Assembly (NCBI GenBank): GCA_016782605.1
Contig: JADHYE010000003.1
Span: 6,852 to 70,851, forward strand
DNA length: 64,000 nucleotides
DNA from: Minisyncoccota bacterium
GTDB lineage: Bacteria; Patescibacteriota; Minisyncoccia; Minisyncoccales; RBG-13-42-11
Direction: 5' to 3'
Numbering within the stretch: position 1 is the first letter of the stretch; each line of letters begins with the position of its first letter. This document shows positions 26,334 through 34,696 of the stretch, piece by piece. The notes below the pieces were generated by a model that worked only from the letters and a program-made list of their open reading frames with translations, ran no database searches and had not been told where the DNA came from. The position numbers and the translations under genes are program-made.

Positions 26334-26596
26334 AGAGCGAGATTTTAATTTATTAGTTCGATGAGATAAATCTCATCTCTCGTCTCAATTTATATTTATC
26401 AATCGAACGTCGAAATGAAATAAATATTTCATTGAGCAATCGAAACTGGAGATGAAATTGTAATTTCATCAACATATTTAATTTTATCACAGCTATTGTA
26501 AAAACTCAACATTTATTGTAAGCTGGAAGATATAAATTCGATACTCAATGAAGCTAAAGCTTCATTTCAATCTTCGATTTTACAAGTAAAATCTCG
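26334..26596. promoter_or_regulatory. divergent intergenic region with four ATGA-type hairpins and CAATCGAA repeats
   Basis: Hairpins lie at 26360-26377, 26412-26433, 26451-26470 and 26547-26566. The leader motif TAAAATCTCG abuts both flanking start codons. Confidence 0.55.
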
Positions 26597-27649
26597 ATGA
26601 AAGATTTATTGGAACAAAACAATTCAGTAAAACCAGCTCAGATCGGCAAGATCGTGGAAGGGAAAATCGTCGGCAAAGCAAGGTCTGCTGTTTTTTTGGA
26701 TTTGGGACCGATGGGAACCGGAGTCATCTACGGCAGAGAGTTCCAGGAGGCCAGAGACGAGATAAGAAACCTGAAAATGGGAGATTCTCTTTTTGTAAAA
26801 ATTATAGAATTGGAAAACGACGAAGGCTATATCGAGCTTTCCTTGAACCAGGCCTCTGACAAGATAACTTGGGAAAAACTGAAGGAACAAAAAGACGAAG
26901 ATAAAAAATTTAACGTTAAGATAATCGGAGCGAACAAAGGCGGGCTTTTAGCTGAAGTTTTCGGCGTACCTGCTTTTTTGCCCGTTTCCCAGTTATTGCC
27001 CGAACACTATCCCAGAGTGGAAAAAGGAGATTCTGCTAAAATTGTCATGGAGCTTCAGAAATTCGTTGACCAGGAGCTGGAGGTGAAGATTTTTGATTTG
27101 GACGCGAGGCAGGAAAAATTGATTTTGTCGGAAAAGGCGAAAGAAGACGAAAAGATAAAAGAAATCTTAAAAAGCTACAATGTTGAAGACGTGGTTGATG
27201 GCGAAATCACCGGCATTACTGATTTTGGCGCATTCATGAAATTCGGCGAGGAGGGCCTTGAAGGATTAATACATATATCCGAGCTTGACTGGCAGCTTAT
27301 TCAAAACCCGGCTGATGTCGTAAAAGTGGGCCAGAAAATCAAAGCAAAAATCATTTCCATTGCAGAAAACAAAGTTTCCTTGTCATTAAAAGCTTTGAAA
27401 GAGGATCCTTGGCAGGACTTTGAAAAAGAAAACAAAAAAGGAGACACTATTGAAGGACAGGTAACTAAGTTTAATCCTTACGGCGCTTTTGTCCAGATCA
27501 ATACTAAAATACAGGGACTTTGCCATATTTCCGAATTCGGCACTAAGACAAAAATGGAAGAAACTTTGAAAATAGGAGAGAAATATAAATTTCAAATTCT
27601 ATCAATCGATTCAAAAGAACACAGAATGAGCCTGAAAGTGGTTGATTAA
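26597..27649 (+). CDS. rpsA: 30S ribosomal protein S1 (four S1 domains)
   Basis: Repeated S1 OB-fold modules (G.I..G.V....G.F....G..G..H.SE). Confidence 0.8.
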   Translation: MKDLLEQNNSVKPAQIGKIVEGKIVGKARSAVFLDLGPMGTGVIYGREFQEARDEIRNLKMGDSLFVKIIELENDEGYIELSLNQASDKITWEKLKEQKDEDKKFNVKIIGANKGGLLAEVFGVPAFLPVSQLLPEHYPRVEKGDSAKIVMELQKFVDQELEVKIFDLDARQEKLILSEKAKEDEKIKEILKSYNVEDVVDGEITGITDFGAFMKFGEEGLEGLIHISELDWQLIQNPADVVKVGQKIKAKIISIAENKVSLSLKALKEDPWQDFEKENKKGDTIEGQVTKFNPYGAFVQINTKIQGLCHISEFGTKTKMEETLKIGEKYKFQILSIDSKEHRMSLKVVD

Positions 27650-27729
27650 TAAATTAAGGCGGAAAGCGGCAAAAAGGGCCGTTTTTGTTTTCCTTGATTC
27701 TCCGATGTTTTCCTGTTATTCTTAAAGAT

Positions 27730-29616
27730 ATGAAAAGCCTGATTAAAAATTTCGCAATTATCCTGCTTATTTTTCTGGTACTTTCCAGTATTTTTACTTT
27801 TTTCTCAAGCCCTTTTGAAGAAAAAACAGAATTGTCTTTAAGCCAGGTTGTCGGAGGAATAAACGAAGGGAATATAAAGAATATCGTTGTTTCCGGCAAT
27901 GACCTTGAAATTACCTACCAAGACGATGGCAAGGCCTTTTCCACTAAAGAAGCGGAAGCTGCCCTTTCCCAGTCTTTGATAAACTACGGAGTAAATGAAG
28001 AAAAGTTAAGGTCAGTAAATGTTGAAACAAAAGAAAAAAGCGACATTTGGAACTGGCTAATGCCCCTACTATTAATATTGCCGCTTTTGGTTTTCGGCAT
28101 CTTTTTCTGGATGATGTTCCGACAGGCCAAAGGAGGAGCGATGCAGGCTTTTGACTTTACGAAAGCAAGAGCCAGGCTGTTCGGAGCAGAAGGCCATCCG
28201 AAAGAAAAAATCACCTTTAAAGACGTAGCCGGCTTGAAAGAAGCGAAGGAAGAGTTGCTGGAAATAGTTGACTTTTTGAAGAATCCGAAAAAATTCCTGC
28301 AAATGGGAGCGAGAATTCCAAGGGGAGTATTGTTAATGGGAAGCCCTGGCACAGGCAAAACGCTTTTGGCAAGAGCCGTGGCAGGAGAGGCCCATGTTCC
28401 CTTTTTCCATATTTCGGGCTCTGAGTTCGTTGAAATGTTCGTTGGCGTAGGCGCAAGCCGCGTCAGAGATCTTTTTACTACCGCTAAAAAATCAGCTCCA
28501 GCCATAATCTTTATTGACGAACTTGACGCAATCGGCAGACACAGGGGAGCAGGTTTGGGAGGAGGACACGATGAAAGAGAACAAACTTTAAATCAGATTT
28601 TGGTTGAAATGGACGGTTTTGAAAGAGATACGAAATTAATTGTCTGTGCTGCAACCAACAGACCGGACGTTCTTGACCCGGCCCTTTTAAGGCCTGGCAG
28701 ATTTGACAGAAGAGTTGTATTGGATTTGCCGGACATTAACGATAGAGAAGAAGTTTTAAAAATCCACTGCCAGGGCAAGCCTTTGAATCTAGATATAAAT
28801 TTAAGAGAAGTAGCTGAAAGAACTCCTGGATTTTCCGGAGCAGATTTGGCCAATGTAGTTAATGAAGCAGCTATTTTGGCTGCCAGAAAGAACAAACAGC
28901 AGATTTTCCAGCAGGAGCTTCTAGAGTCAATCGAAAAGGTTTTATTGGGACCGGAAAGAAAAAGCCATGTTCTTTCGAAAAAAGAAAAAGAGATTGCCGC
29001 TTTTCACGAAGCTGGCCATGCTTTAGTGTCTGATTCTCTAGTAGGAACAGAACCTGTCAGAAAAATATCAATAGTTGCCAGAGGAATGGCAGCTGGCTAT
29101 ACGATTAAAACGCCGATGGAAGAAAGAAGTATTAAAACAAAATCAGAGTTTCTTGCGGAAATGGCAACTCTTTTGGCAGGCCATTGCGCAGAAAAACTGA
29201 AGTTCAAAGAGATAACCACCGGAGCAACCAATGATCTGGAAAGGGCTTCACAACTAGCCAGAAAACTGGTAAAAGAATACGGCATGTCTTCTTTGGGTCC
29301 GATTTTCTTCGGCGAAAAGGAAGAATTAGTCTTTTTGGGAAAAGAAATTTCAGAACAAAGAAATTATTCAGAAGAAATAGCCGGGCAAATAGACAAAGAA
29401 GTAGAAAGATTCATTAGAAACGCAGAAGACCAAGCAAGCAAGATTTTAACTAAAAAGAAAGTTCTTCTCGAAAAAATCGCTAAAACCCTAATTGAAAAGG
29501 AAACGATTGAAAGAGAAGAGTTTGAGGCGCTTTTAGGTAAAAAGAAAACTAAAAAGGAAAAAACAGTATTCCAAAGAAAAGAAGAGACAACGAAATTAAA
29601 AATAAAATCATTATAG
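27730..29616 (+). CDS. ftsH: ATP-dependent zinc metalloprotease FtsH
   Basis: GSPGTGKT, the SRH region and HEAGHA. Start chosen at the ATG before the TM helix. Confidence 0.95.
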   Translation: MKSLIKNFAIILLIFLVLSSIFTFFSSPFEEKTELSLSQVVGGINEGNIKNIVVSGNDLEITYQDDGKAFSTKEAEAALSQSLINYGVNEEKLRSVNVETKEKSDIWNWLMPLLLILPLLVFGIFFWMMFRQAKGGAMQAFDFTKARARLFGAEGHPKEKITFKDVAGLKEAKEELLEIVDFLKNPKKFLQMGARIPRGVLLMGSPGTGKTLLARAVAGEAHVPFFHISGSEFVEMFVGVGASRVRDLFTTAKKSAPAIIFIDELDAIGRHRGAGLGGGHDEREQTLNQILVEMDGFERDTKLIVCAATNRPDVLDPALLRPGRFDRRVVLDLPDINDREEVLKIHCQGKPLNLDINLREVAERTPGFSGADLANVVNEAAILAARKNKQQIFQQELLESIEKVLLGPERKSHVLSKKEKEIAAFHEAGHALVSDSLVGTEPVRKISIVARGMAAGYTIKTPMEERSIKTKSEFLAEMATLLAGHCAEKLKFKEITTGATNDLERASQLARKLVKEYGMSSLGPIFFGEKEELVFLGKEISEQRNYSEEIAGQIDKEVERFIRNAEDQASKILTKKKVLLEKIAKTLIEKETIEREEFEALLGKKKTKKEKTVFQRKEETTKLKIKSL

Positions 29617-29619
29617 AAT

Positions 29620-29695
29620 GCGCACGTAGCTCAGTGGTTAGAGCATCAAACTTATAATTTGAGGGTCGCAGGTTCGATCCCTGCCGTGCGCACCA
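29620..29695 (+). tRNA. tRNA-Ile(TAT), CCA encoded
   Basis: Acceptor GCGCACG/CGTGCGC, anticodon stem TCAAA/TTTGA and loop CTTATAA. Confidence 0.8.
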
Positions 29696-29696
29696 A

Positions 29697-29770
29697 GGGC
29701 GCGTAGCTCAGCTGGTTAGAGCGTCTCACTGACATTGAGGAGGTCACAGGTTCAAGTCCTGTCGCGCCCA
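29697..29770 (+). tRNA. tRNA-Val(GAC)
   Basis: Acceptor GGGCGCG/CGCGCCC, loop CTGACAT. Confidence 0.9.
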
Positions 29771-29771
29771 C

Positions 29772-30386
29772 ATGAGAACTATTTACGAAGACCAAGAGTT
29801 ACTGGTGATTGATAAGCCCGCTGGGATAAACTCAGACGACTTTCAAAAAAGAGTCCACCGATTAGATAAAGACACTTCAGGAGTGCTTTTAATCGCAAAA
29901 AATGACGATATTTTGAAATTCCTCCAAAAGCAGTTCAAAGAAAGGAATGTTGTTAAAAAATACCTTACCTTAGTTGTCGGTAAATTGGAAAATACAGAAG
30001 GAGAGATAGAAACCTTGATAGGACGCTCGCCAGCAGACAGAAAAAAGCAGAAAATATACCTAATCGGAGAGCCTAATTCTGAAGGTAAAAGAACAGCTGT
30101 CACCAAGTACAAAGTATTGCAAAGATTCAAAGATTATGATTTCATTGAAGTTGAGCCGAAAACCGGCAGAAAACACCAGATCAGAACTCATTTTGTTTAT
30201 CTTAACCACCCAATTGCCGGAGACAAAATGTACGGATTCAAAGGCCAGCTTTTGCCGAAAGGCTTAAAAAGGCACTTCCTACACGCATCTTATCTGAAGA
30301 TAAAATTGCCAAACGGTCGAGAAATAGAATTCAAATCAGAATTACCCGATGATTTAAAAACAATATTAAATAAATTAAAACGATGA
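29772..30386 (+). CDS. RluA-family pseudouridine synthase (catalytic domain only)
   Basis: HRLDKDTSGVLLIAK, with catalytic Asp; 204 aa. Confidence 0.85.
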   Translation: MRTIYEDQELLVIDKPAGINSDDFQKRVHRLDKDTSGVLLIAKNDDILKFLQKQFKERNVVKKYLTLVVGKLENTEGEIETLIGRSPADRKKQKIYLIGEPNSEGKRTAVTKYKVLQRFKDYDFIEVEPKTGRKHQIRTHFVYLNHPIAGDKMYGFKGQLLPKGLKRHFLHASYLKIKLPNGREIEFKSELPDDLKTILNKLKR

Positions 30387-30447
30387 AATTTCTGCGAAAT
30401 CTCATCTAAGAAGCTTCGTAAATTTCTAACGAAATTCACTCACTAAA

Positions 30448-30837
30448 ATGAGCACAAAATTAGAAACATTCAACAAAAATCAATTAAAAAAAGACTTGCC
30501 CGATATCAGATCAGGGGATACGATTAAGGTTCACCAAAAAATCAAAGAAACGGCAAAAAGGGGCAAATCTGCCAAGCAAGAAACTAAGGAAAGAATTCAG
30601 GTGTTTGAAGGCCAAGTCATAGCCAGAAAGCACGGCAAAGGCGTAAACTCAACCATTACTGTCAGGAAAGTGATTTCCGGAGTTGGCGTAGAAAAAATCT
30701 TCCCGATCCATTCTCCGATAATTGATAAAATTGAGCTTATTAAACGCGGTAAAGCAAAAAGATCAAAGCTTTACTATTTGAGAGAAGCTAAGGGCAGAAA
30801 GGCAAAATTAAAGAGAGAAGAAGTGGTTATAAAATAG
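30448..30837 (+). CDS. rplS: 50S ribosomal protein L19
   Basis: DIRSGDTIKVHQKI...RIQVFEGQVIARK...TITVRK....GVEKIFPIHSP. Confidence 0.9.
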   Translation: MSTKLETFNKNQLKKDLPDIRSGDTIKVHQKIKETAKRGKSAKQETKERIQVFEGQVIARKHGKGVNSTITVRKVISGVGVEKIFPIHSPIIDKIELIKRGKAKRSKLYYLREAKGRKAKLKREEVVIK

Positions 30838-30860
30838 GAATAGGTTTAAATAATCTAAAT

Positions 30861-30944
30861 GAGCGAGTGCTGAAACTGGTAGACAGCTTGGACTGAGGCT
30901 CCAAGGGGAGTATTCCCGTGGGGGTTCAAGTCCCCCCTCGCTCA
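30861..30944 (+). tRNA. tRNA-Leu(GAG)
   Basis: Acceptor GAGCGAG/CTCGCTC, 3-bp D stem, loop CTGAGGC and a long variable arm. Confidence 0.85.
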
Positions 30945-30955
30945 CTAAAGAAGAA

Positions 30956-31028
30956 GGACGGCTAGCTCAATGGTTAGAGCATCGCGTTTACATCGCGGGG
31001 GTTATAGGTTCGAGTCCTATGCCGTCCA
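30956..31028 (+). tRNA. tRNA-Val(TAC)
   Basis: Acceptor GGACGGC/GCCGTCC, loop TTTACAT. Confidence 0.9.
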
Positions 31029-31069
31029 TTAGTTTGGCGGATTAAGGGTTTTTATTGAAATAAAGCTAT

Positions 31070-31141
31070 GCCGGGGTAGCTCAGTGGTAGAGCACATCTC
31101 TGAAAAAGATGGGGTCGTGGGTTCAATTCCCTCTCCCGGCA
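31070..31141 (+). tRNA. tRNA-Phe(GAA)
   Basis: Acceptor GCCGGGG/TCCCGGC, loop CTGAAAA; one T-stem mismatch. Confidence 0.8.
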
Positions 31142-31147
31142 CAAAAT

Positions 31148-31219
31148 GCGGGTGTCGTATAGCGGCTATTATGCAACCTTGCCAAGGTTGAGAAGAGGGT
31201 TCAACTCCCTTCACCCGCT
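31148..31219 (+). tRNA. tRNA-Gly(GCC)
   Basis: Acceptor GCGGGTG/CACCCGC, stem CAACC/GGTTG, loop TTGCCAA. Confidence 0.9.
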
Positions 31220-31233
31220 TGAATCGCAATGAA

Positions 31234-31327
31234 AGCGGAGAAGAGAACAAAGTTCTCTTCGACTGCTCGATAGGCGATGAAATAAATTTCATCTTCACCT
31301 TCGCTCCGCTATGCGGGGCTCGGTCCT
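31234..31327. repeat. intergenic copy of the palindromic multi-hairpin element family
   Basis: AGCGGAG...CTCCGCT encloses GAAGAGAAC-AAA-GTTCTCTTC, GACTG and GATGAAA-TAAA-TTTCATC, then CTTCACCTTCGCT..GCTCGGT. Confidence 0.7.
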
Positions 31328-31354
31328 TGACAAAAGCCATGGATGAGCTATAAT
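31327..31354 (+). promoter_or_regulatory. sigma-70-type promoter
   Basis: TTGACA (31327-31332), a 16-nt spacer, then TATAAT (31349-31354). Confidence 0.65.
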
Positions 31355-31384
31355 GACAGAATCCCGTTAAAACGGGGTTTAAAA

Positions 31385-31918
31385 ATGGATATATACTCTA
31401 AAGTCCCCGATTTATCGGGGGTTAAGGCGAAAATCATAGTTTTTTTCTTTGCCGGATTGGGGATTCTAATTCTCGGGATGCCGTCTCTAGGACCGCCTAT
31501 TCAAAACAGCGAGACAGAGTTGCTTTTGAACGCAGACGCATCAATACAAGAAAGATTGGCACTTTTTAGCCAAAATACCTTAATTCCTGTTGTCAGTCCG
31601 TCTACCGAAGAAGCTAAAGAGATCAAAAAGGTACCGGTAATTATTACAGCCTATTCCAGCACGTCCTGGGAAACAGACAGCACGCCTTTTGTTACTGCTG
31701 CCGGAACCTGGGTCAGAGACGGAGTCATTGCTAATAATTACTTTTCTTTTGGAACACAGTTGAAAATACCAGAACTTTTTGGAGAAAAAGTATTCGTAGT
31801 TGAGGACAGAATGAACTGGAGAAAAGACAATTATCATATTGATATCTGGTTCCCTTCTTACTGGGAAGCAAAAGAATTCGGAGTGAAAAGAACATATATT
31901 GAGATTACGGAAGGATAA
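31385..31918 (+). CDS. 3D-domain (MltA/RlpA-like barrel) cell-wall protein
   Basis: ITAYSSTSWETDSTPFVTAAGTWVRDGVIANN...EDRMNWR...IDIWF. The start was moved to ATG 31385, downstream of the promoter. Confidence 0.7.
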   Translation: MDIYSKVPDLSGVKAKIIVFFFAGLGILILGMPSLGPPIQNSETELLLNADASIQERLALFSQNTLIPVVSPSTEEAKEIKKVPVIITAYSSTSWETDSTPFVTAAGTWVRDGVIANNYFSFGTQLKIPELFGEKVFVVEDRMNWRKDNYHIDIWFPSYWEAKEFGVKRTYIEITEG

Positions 31919-31931
31919 ACCTAAAAATTAA

Positions 31932-31962
31932 CCCCCCGCCGATAGTGGCGGGGGATTTTTTT
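31932..31962 (+). terminator. intrinsic terminator
   Basis: CCCCCCGCC-GATAGT-GGCGGGGG followed by ATTTTTTT. Confidence 0.8.
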
Positions 31963-31963
31963 A

Positions 31964-32046
31964 TGCCCGGGGTGGGATTCGAACCCACATGGCCTTGCGA
32001 CCGCAACATTTTAAGTGTTGTGCGTAAACCGTTCCGCCACCCGGGC
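31964..32046 (-). tRNA. tRNA-Leu(TAA)
   Basis: Acceptor GCCCGGG/CCCGGGC, loop CTTAAAA and a long variable arm. Confidence 0.9.
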
Positions 32047-32054
32047 AAAACTTG

Positions 32055-32127
32055 AGGCGGCGGTGGGAATTGCACCCACGTATAGCGGTTTTGCAGACCG
32101 CTGCGTTAGCTATTTCGCCACGCCGCC
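32055..32127 (-). tRNA. tRNA-Cys(GCA)
   Basis: Acceptor GGCGGCG/CGCCGCC, loop CTGCAAA. Confidence 0.9.
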
Positions 32128-32143
32128 AATAAGCTAATTTTAG

Positions 32144-32488
32144 TTATTTTTTATCTTTTTTCAACCCTACCAAAATCTCTTCAATTTTTCCTGCTTCCAA
32201 AGTTTCTTTTTCTTCGACAAAGCAAATCTTGGGGATAGGCCTCATTCTCAGCCTTTTATTCAGCAATTGCTGAAGGTGCCAAACTTTATTTCTTAACATG
32301 ATAAATGCTTTTTCTTGTCTCGCTTCCGGTATGACACTAAGATATATTCTGCTTTCGCTTAAGTTGGGAACTGTTTCAACCCTCGTTAAAGTTACTAAAA
32401 CGCCTGGTGAAAAATCAATTTCCCTAAGAATGATCTGGGATAATTCCTTTTTAATTAACTGATTTACTTTTGCAATGCGGTTTGGCAT
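32144..32488 (-). CDS. rbfA: ribosome-binding factor A
   Basis: 114 aa; RIAKVNQLIKKELSQII...VTLTRVETVPNLSESRIYLSV; lies downstream of infB. Confidence 0.85.
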   Translation of the reverse strand: MPNRIAKVNQLIKKELSQIILREIDFSPGVLVTLTRVETVPNLSESRIYLSVIPEARQEKAFIMLRNKVWHLQQLLNKRLRMRPIPKICFVEEKETLEAGKIEEILVGLKKDKK

Positions 32489-32492
32489 TAAA

Positions 32493-34046
32493 TTATAGCT
32501 GGCCTTTTATTCTTTCTTCAGTATAAAACAGCAAAATATCTCCTTCTTCAATCTTCACTTCTCCTTCAAATAGAATGCCGCACTCTTCTCCCTTCTGAAT
32601 CAAAGCTGCGTCTTTTTTGTTTCTTTGAAGGTTAATCATCTTGCCTTGGCCGATCTTTTCCTCGTTCCTGAAAACTTCAATTGAAGCCCCTTTTCTTGTT
32701 TCGCCCTCTGTCACCCTACAACCGATAATTTGGCGGTTTTTATCTGTCAGGAATTTGGCTAAAACTTTGGCCTTGCCTAAATCAGTTCTTACGTCCTGGG
32801 ATTGGACGATCTTTTCCATTAATTTGCGCACGCCTTCAGCCAGTTCGTAAATAACTTCAAAAAACAGTATTTTGGTCTTTTCTCTTCCCGATATTTTGGC
32901 AGCTGTTTGGTCTGCCTTTACTCTAAATCCAAGAATAGTTGCTCTGGCGCTGGAAGCTAACTTTATGTCTGATTCATTAATGTTGCCCACTTCCGATTTT
33001 AATATCCTTAAGATAACTTTTTCCTGAGGAAGCGATTTTAAGATTCCCTCAACAGCTTCAAGAGAGCCTAAAACATCAGCCTTGATAATCAAATTCAAAA
33101 TTCTCTGTTGGCTAGTTATCTCCAAAACTGCCGGAGTTCTTTTTTCTGGCGAAGAGGATAAATCCTCTTCTTCACCCTTCGCTGCGGCTCGGCTTTTTAA
33201 AGTTTCAATATGCTTTTCAACGCTTTCTAAATCAGGAAAAACCTTAAATTCTTCTCCGACTTTAGGAACCTGGTTAAATCCGAAAATGATTACCGGATCA
33301 GACGGAAAAGCCTCTTTAATCTGCTTTTTCTGGAAATTCTCTATGCTTTTTACTTTAACGGAAGCTGAACTGGTAGCGATTATTTCTCCCGCTTTCAAAC
33401 AGCCGTCAGTTAAAAGCAAAGTGGCTGTCGGTCCCCTGGAATTGTCCAAATACGATTCAATAATTACTCCTTCTGCCGGCTTTTTAAAATCAGCTTTCAG
33501 TTCTTCCATTTCTGAAATTAATAAAATCAGCTCCAAAAGCTCTGGAATGCCTTTTTTTGTTTTAGCTGAAACTTCAATCGAGGGGATTTTACCGCCCATT
33601 GACTCAACCAAAAAGCCTTCTTTTGACAATGTTCCTTTTACTTTTTCTGGATTGGCTTCCGGCTTGTCTATTTTATTTAAAGCGACTATAAAAGGAATCT
33701 TTGTTTCTTTTATATTCAAAAGCACCTCTTTGGTTTGAGGCTTTAATCCTTCGGCCGCATCAATAACTAAAATAGCAATATCAGCTACTTTAGCTCCCCG
33801 AGAGCGCATTTGAGAAAAGGCTTCGTGTCCGGGAGTGTCAAGAAAAGTGATTTTTCCCTTTTTTTCTTCAATCTGATAAGCGCCGATATGCTGGGTGATA
33901 CCGCCTGATTCTTTTGCCGTGATTCTAAAGTCCTTAATTGCTTCAAGCAGGGAACTCTTTCCATGATCAATGTGACCCAGCACCACCACTATTGGGGGCC
34001 TGGTTGTTATTTGGTTTTTGTTCTCCATATTTTTTTGCCATTTCAA
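32493..34046 (-). CDS. infB: translation initiation factor IF-2 (short, lacking long N-terminal region)
   Basis: GHIDHGKSS, DTPGH and NKIDK. The start could be 34046 or 34028. Confidence 0.9.
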   Translation of the reverse strand: MKWQKNMENKNQITTRPPIVVVLGHIDHGKSSLLEAIKDFRITAKESGGITQHIGAYQIEEKKGKITFLDTPGHEAFSQMRSRGAKVADIAILVIDAAEGLKPQTKEVLLNIKETKIPFIVALNKIDKPEANPEKVKGTLSKEGFLVESMGGKIPSIEVSAKTKKGIPELLELILLISEMEELKADFKKPAEGVIIESYLDNSRGPTATLLLTDGCLKAGEIIATSSASVKVKSIENFQKKQIKEAFPSDPVIIFGFNQVPKVGEEFKVFPDLESVEKHIETLKSRAAAKGEEEDLSSSPEKRTPAVLEITSQQRILNLIIKADVLGSLEAVEGILKSLPQEKVILRILKSEVGNINESDIKLASSARATILGFRVKADQTAAKISGREKTKILFFEVIYELAEGVRKLMEKIVQSQDVRTDLGKAKVLAKFLTDKNRQIIGCRVTEGETRKGASIEVFRNEEKIGQGKMINLQRNKKDAALIQKGEECGILFEGEVKIEEGDILLFYTEERIKGQL

Positions 34047-34383
34047 TTGCTTTTGTTTCTTCTTTGGAGAGCGCGTATTGGGAAACGCTCTGTTTTATAG
34101 GCTTGCCGTAAACCCTGTTTCCTTCCCTGGTGTAAAAGCTGGTAATGACTAAGCCATCGTCGTTTCCATCAAGCAAAGCAACGGAAAAACTCTGATCTCC
34201 GCCAATCTCAGAAAAGGGATTGAATCTGACCATGCCGATTTTCTGAACGGCAAACTGGTGATTTTCTTTCAAATCCTTGAATTCCTGTAAAAGTTCATCA
34301 AAACCTACTTGCAGGTCTTTAAACTGCTTTAACACTTCTTTTAAATCTTTTGGTTCTTTCTTTTCTTTTTTAAAATTGAACAT
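33967..34383 (-). CDS. DUF4446-family protein
   Basis: VRFNPFSEIGGDQSFSVALLDGNDDGLVITS...GKPI. The start was moved to ATG 34383 because the tracked ORF runs across tRNA genes. Its 3' end overlaps the infB start. Confidence 0.6.
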   Translation of the reverse strand: MFNFKKEKKEPKDLKEVLKQFKDLQVGFDELLQEFKDLKENHQFAVQKIGMVRFNPFSEIGGDQSFSVALLDGNDDGLVITSFYTREGNRVYGKPIKQSVSQYALSKEETKAIEMAKKYGEQKPNNNQAPNSGGAGSH

Positions 34384-34386
34384 ATA

Positions 34387-34473
34387 CGGCGAGGGGAGGA
34401 TTCGAACCTCCGATACTTTTGCAAGCATAGCGGTTTTCGAAACCGCCCCAATAAGCCTCTCTGGCACCTCGCC
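34387..34473 (-). tRNA. tRNA-Ser(CGA)
   Basis: Acceptor GGCGAGG/CCTCGCC, loop TTCGAAA and a long variable arm. Confidence 0.9.
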
Positions 34474-34481
34474 AGATTCTG

Positions 34482-34555
34482 TGGACCCGAGGGGGCTCGA
34501 ACCCCTGAACCTCACGCATGCCATGCGCGCGCTCTACCAACTGAGCTACGGGCCC
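34482..34555 (-). tRNA. tRNA-Ala(GGC)
   Basis: Acceptor GGGCCCG/CGGGTCC with G3:U70, loop ATGGCAT. Confidence 0.9.
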
Positions 34556-34562
34556 TTCTTTG

Positions 34563-34634
34563 TGCCCCCAATAGGAATCGAACCTATATCCCCACGTTAG
34601 GAGTGTGGTGCTCTATCCATTGAGCTACAGGGGC
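34563..34634 (-). tRNA. tRNA-Arg(CCT)
   Basis: Acceptor GCCCCTG/TGGGGGC, loop CTCCTAA. Confidence 0.85.
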
Positions 34635-34696
34635 TCAAGGGACAATTTTCAATTATTAAGATTAGCACAATTTTTCATTGTTGACAATTTCTTTAT

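Noticed and set aside
31029-31340. 103-aa minus-strand ORF
   Set aside because: It lies antisense across four well-formed tRNA genes (Val, Phe, Gly) and the hairpin element. Its composition is driven by the tRNA sequence.
34277-34600. 107-aa plus-strand ORF and the N-terminal 47 residues of tracked ORF 33967-34524
   Set aside because: Both read through the tRNA-Ser, tRNA-Ala and tRNA-Arg genes. The real DUF4446 start is ATG 34383, 3 nt beyond tRNA-Ser.
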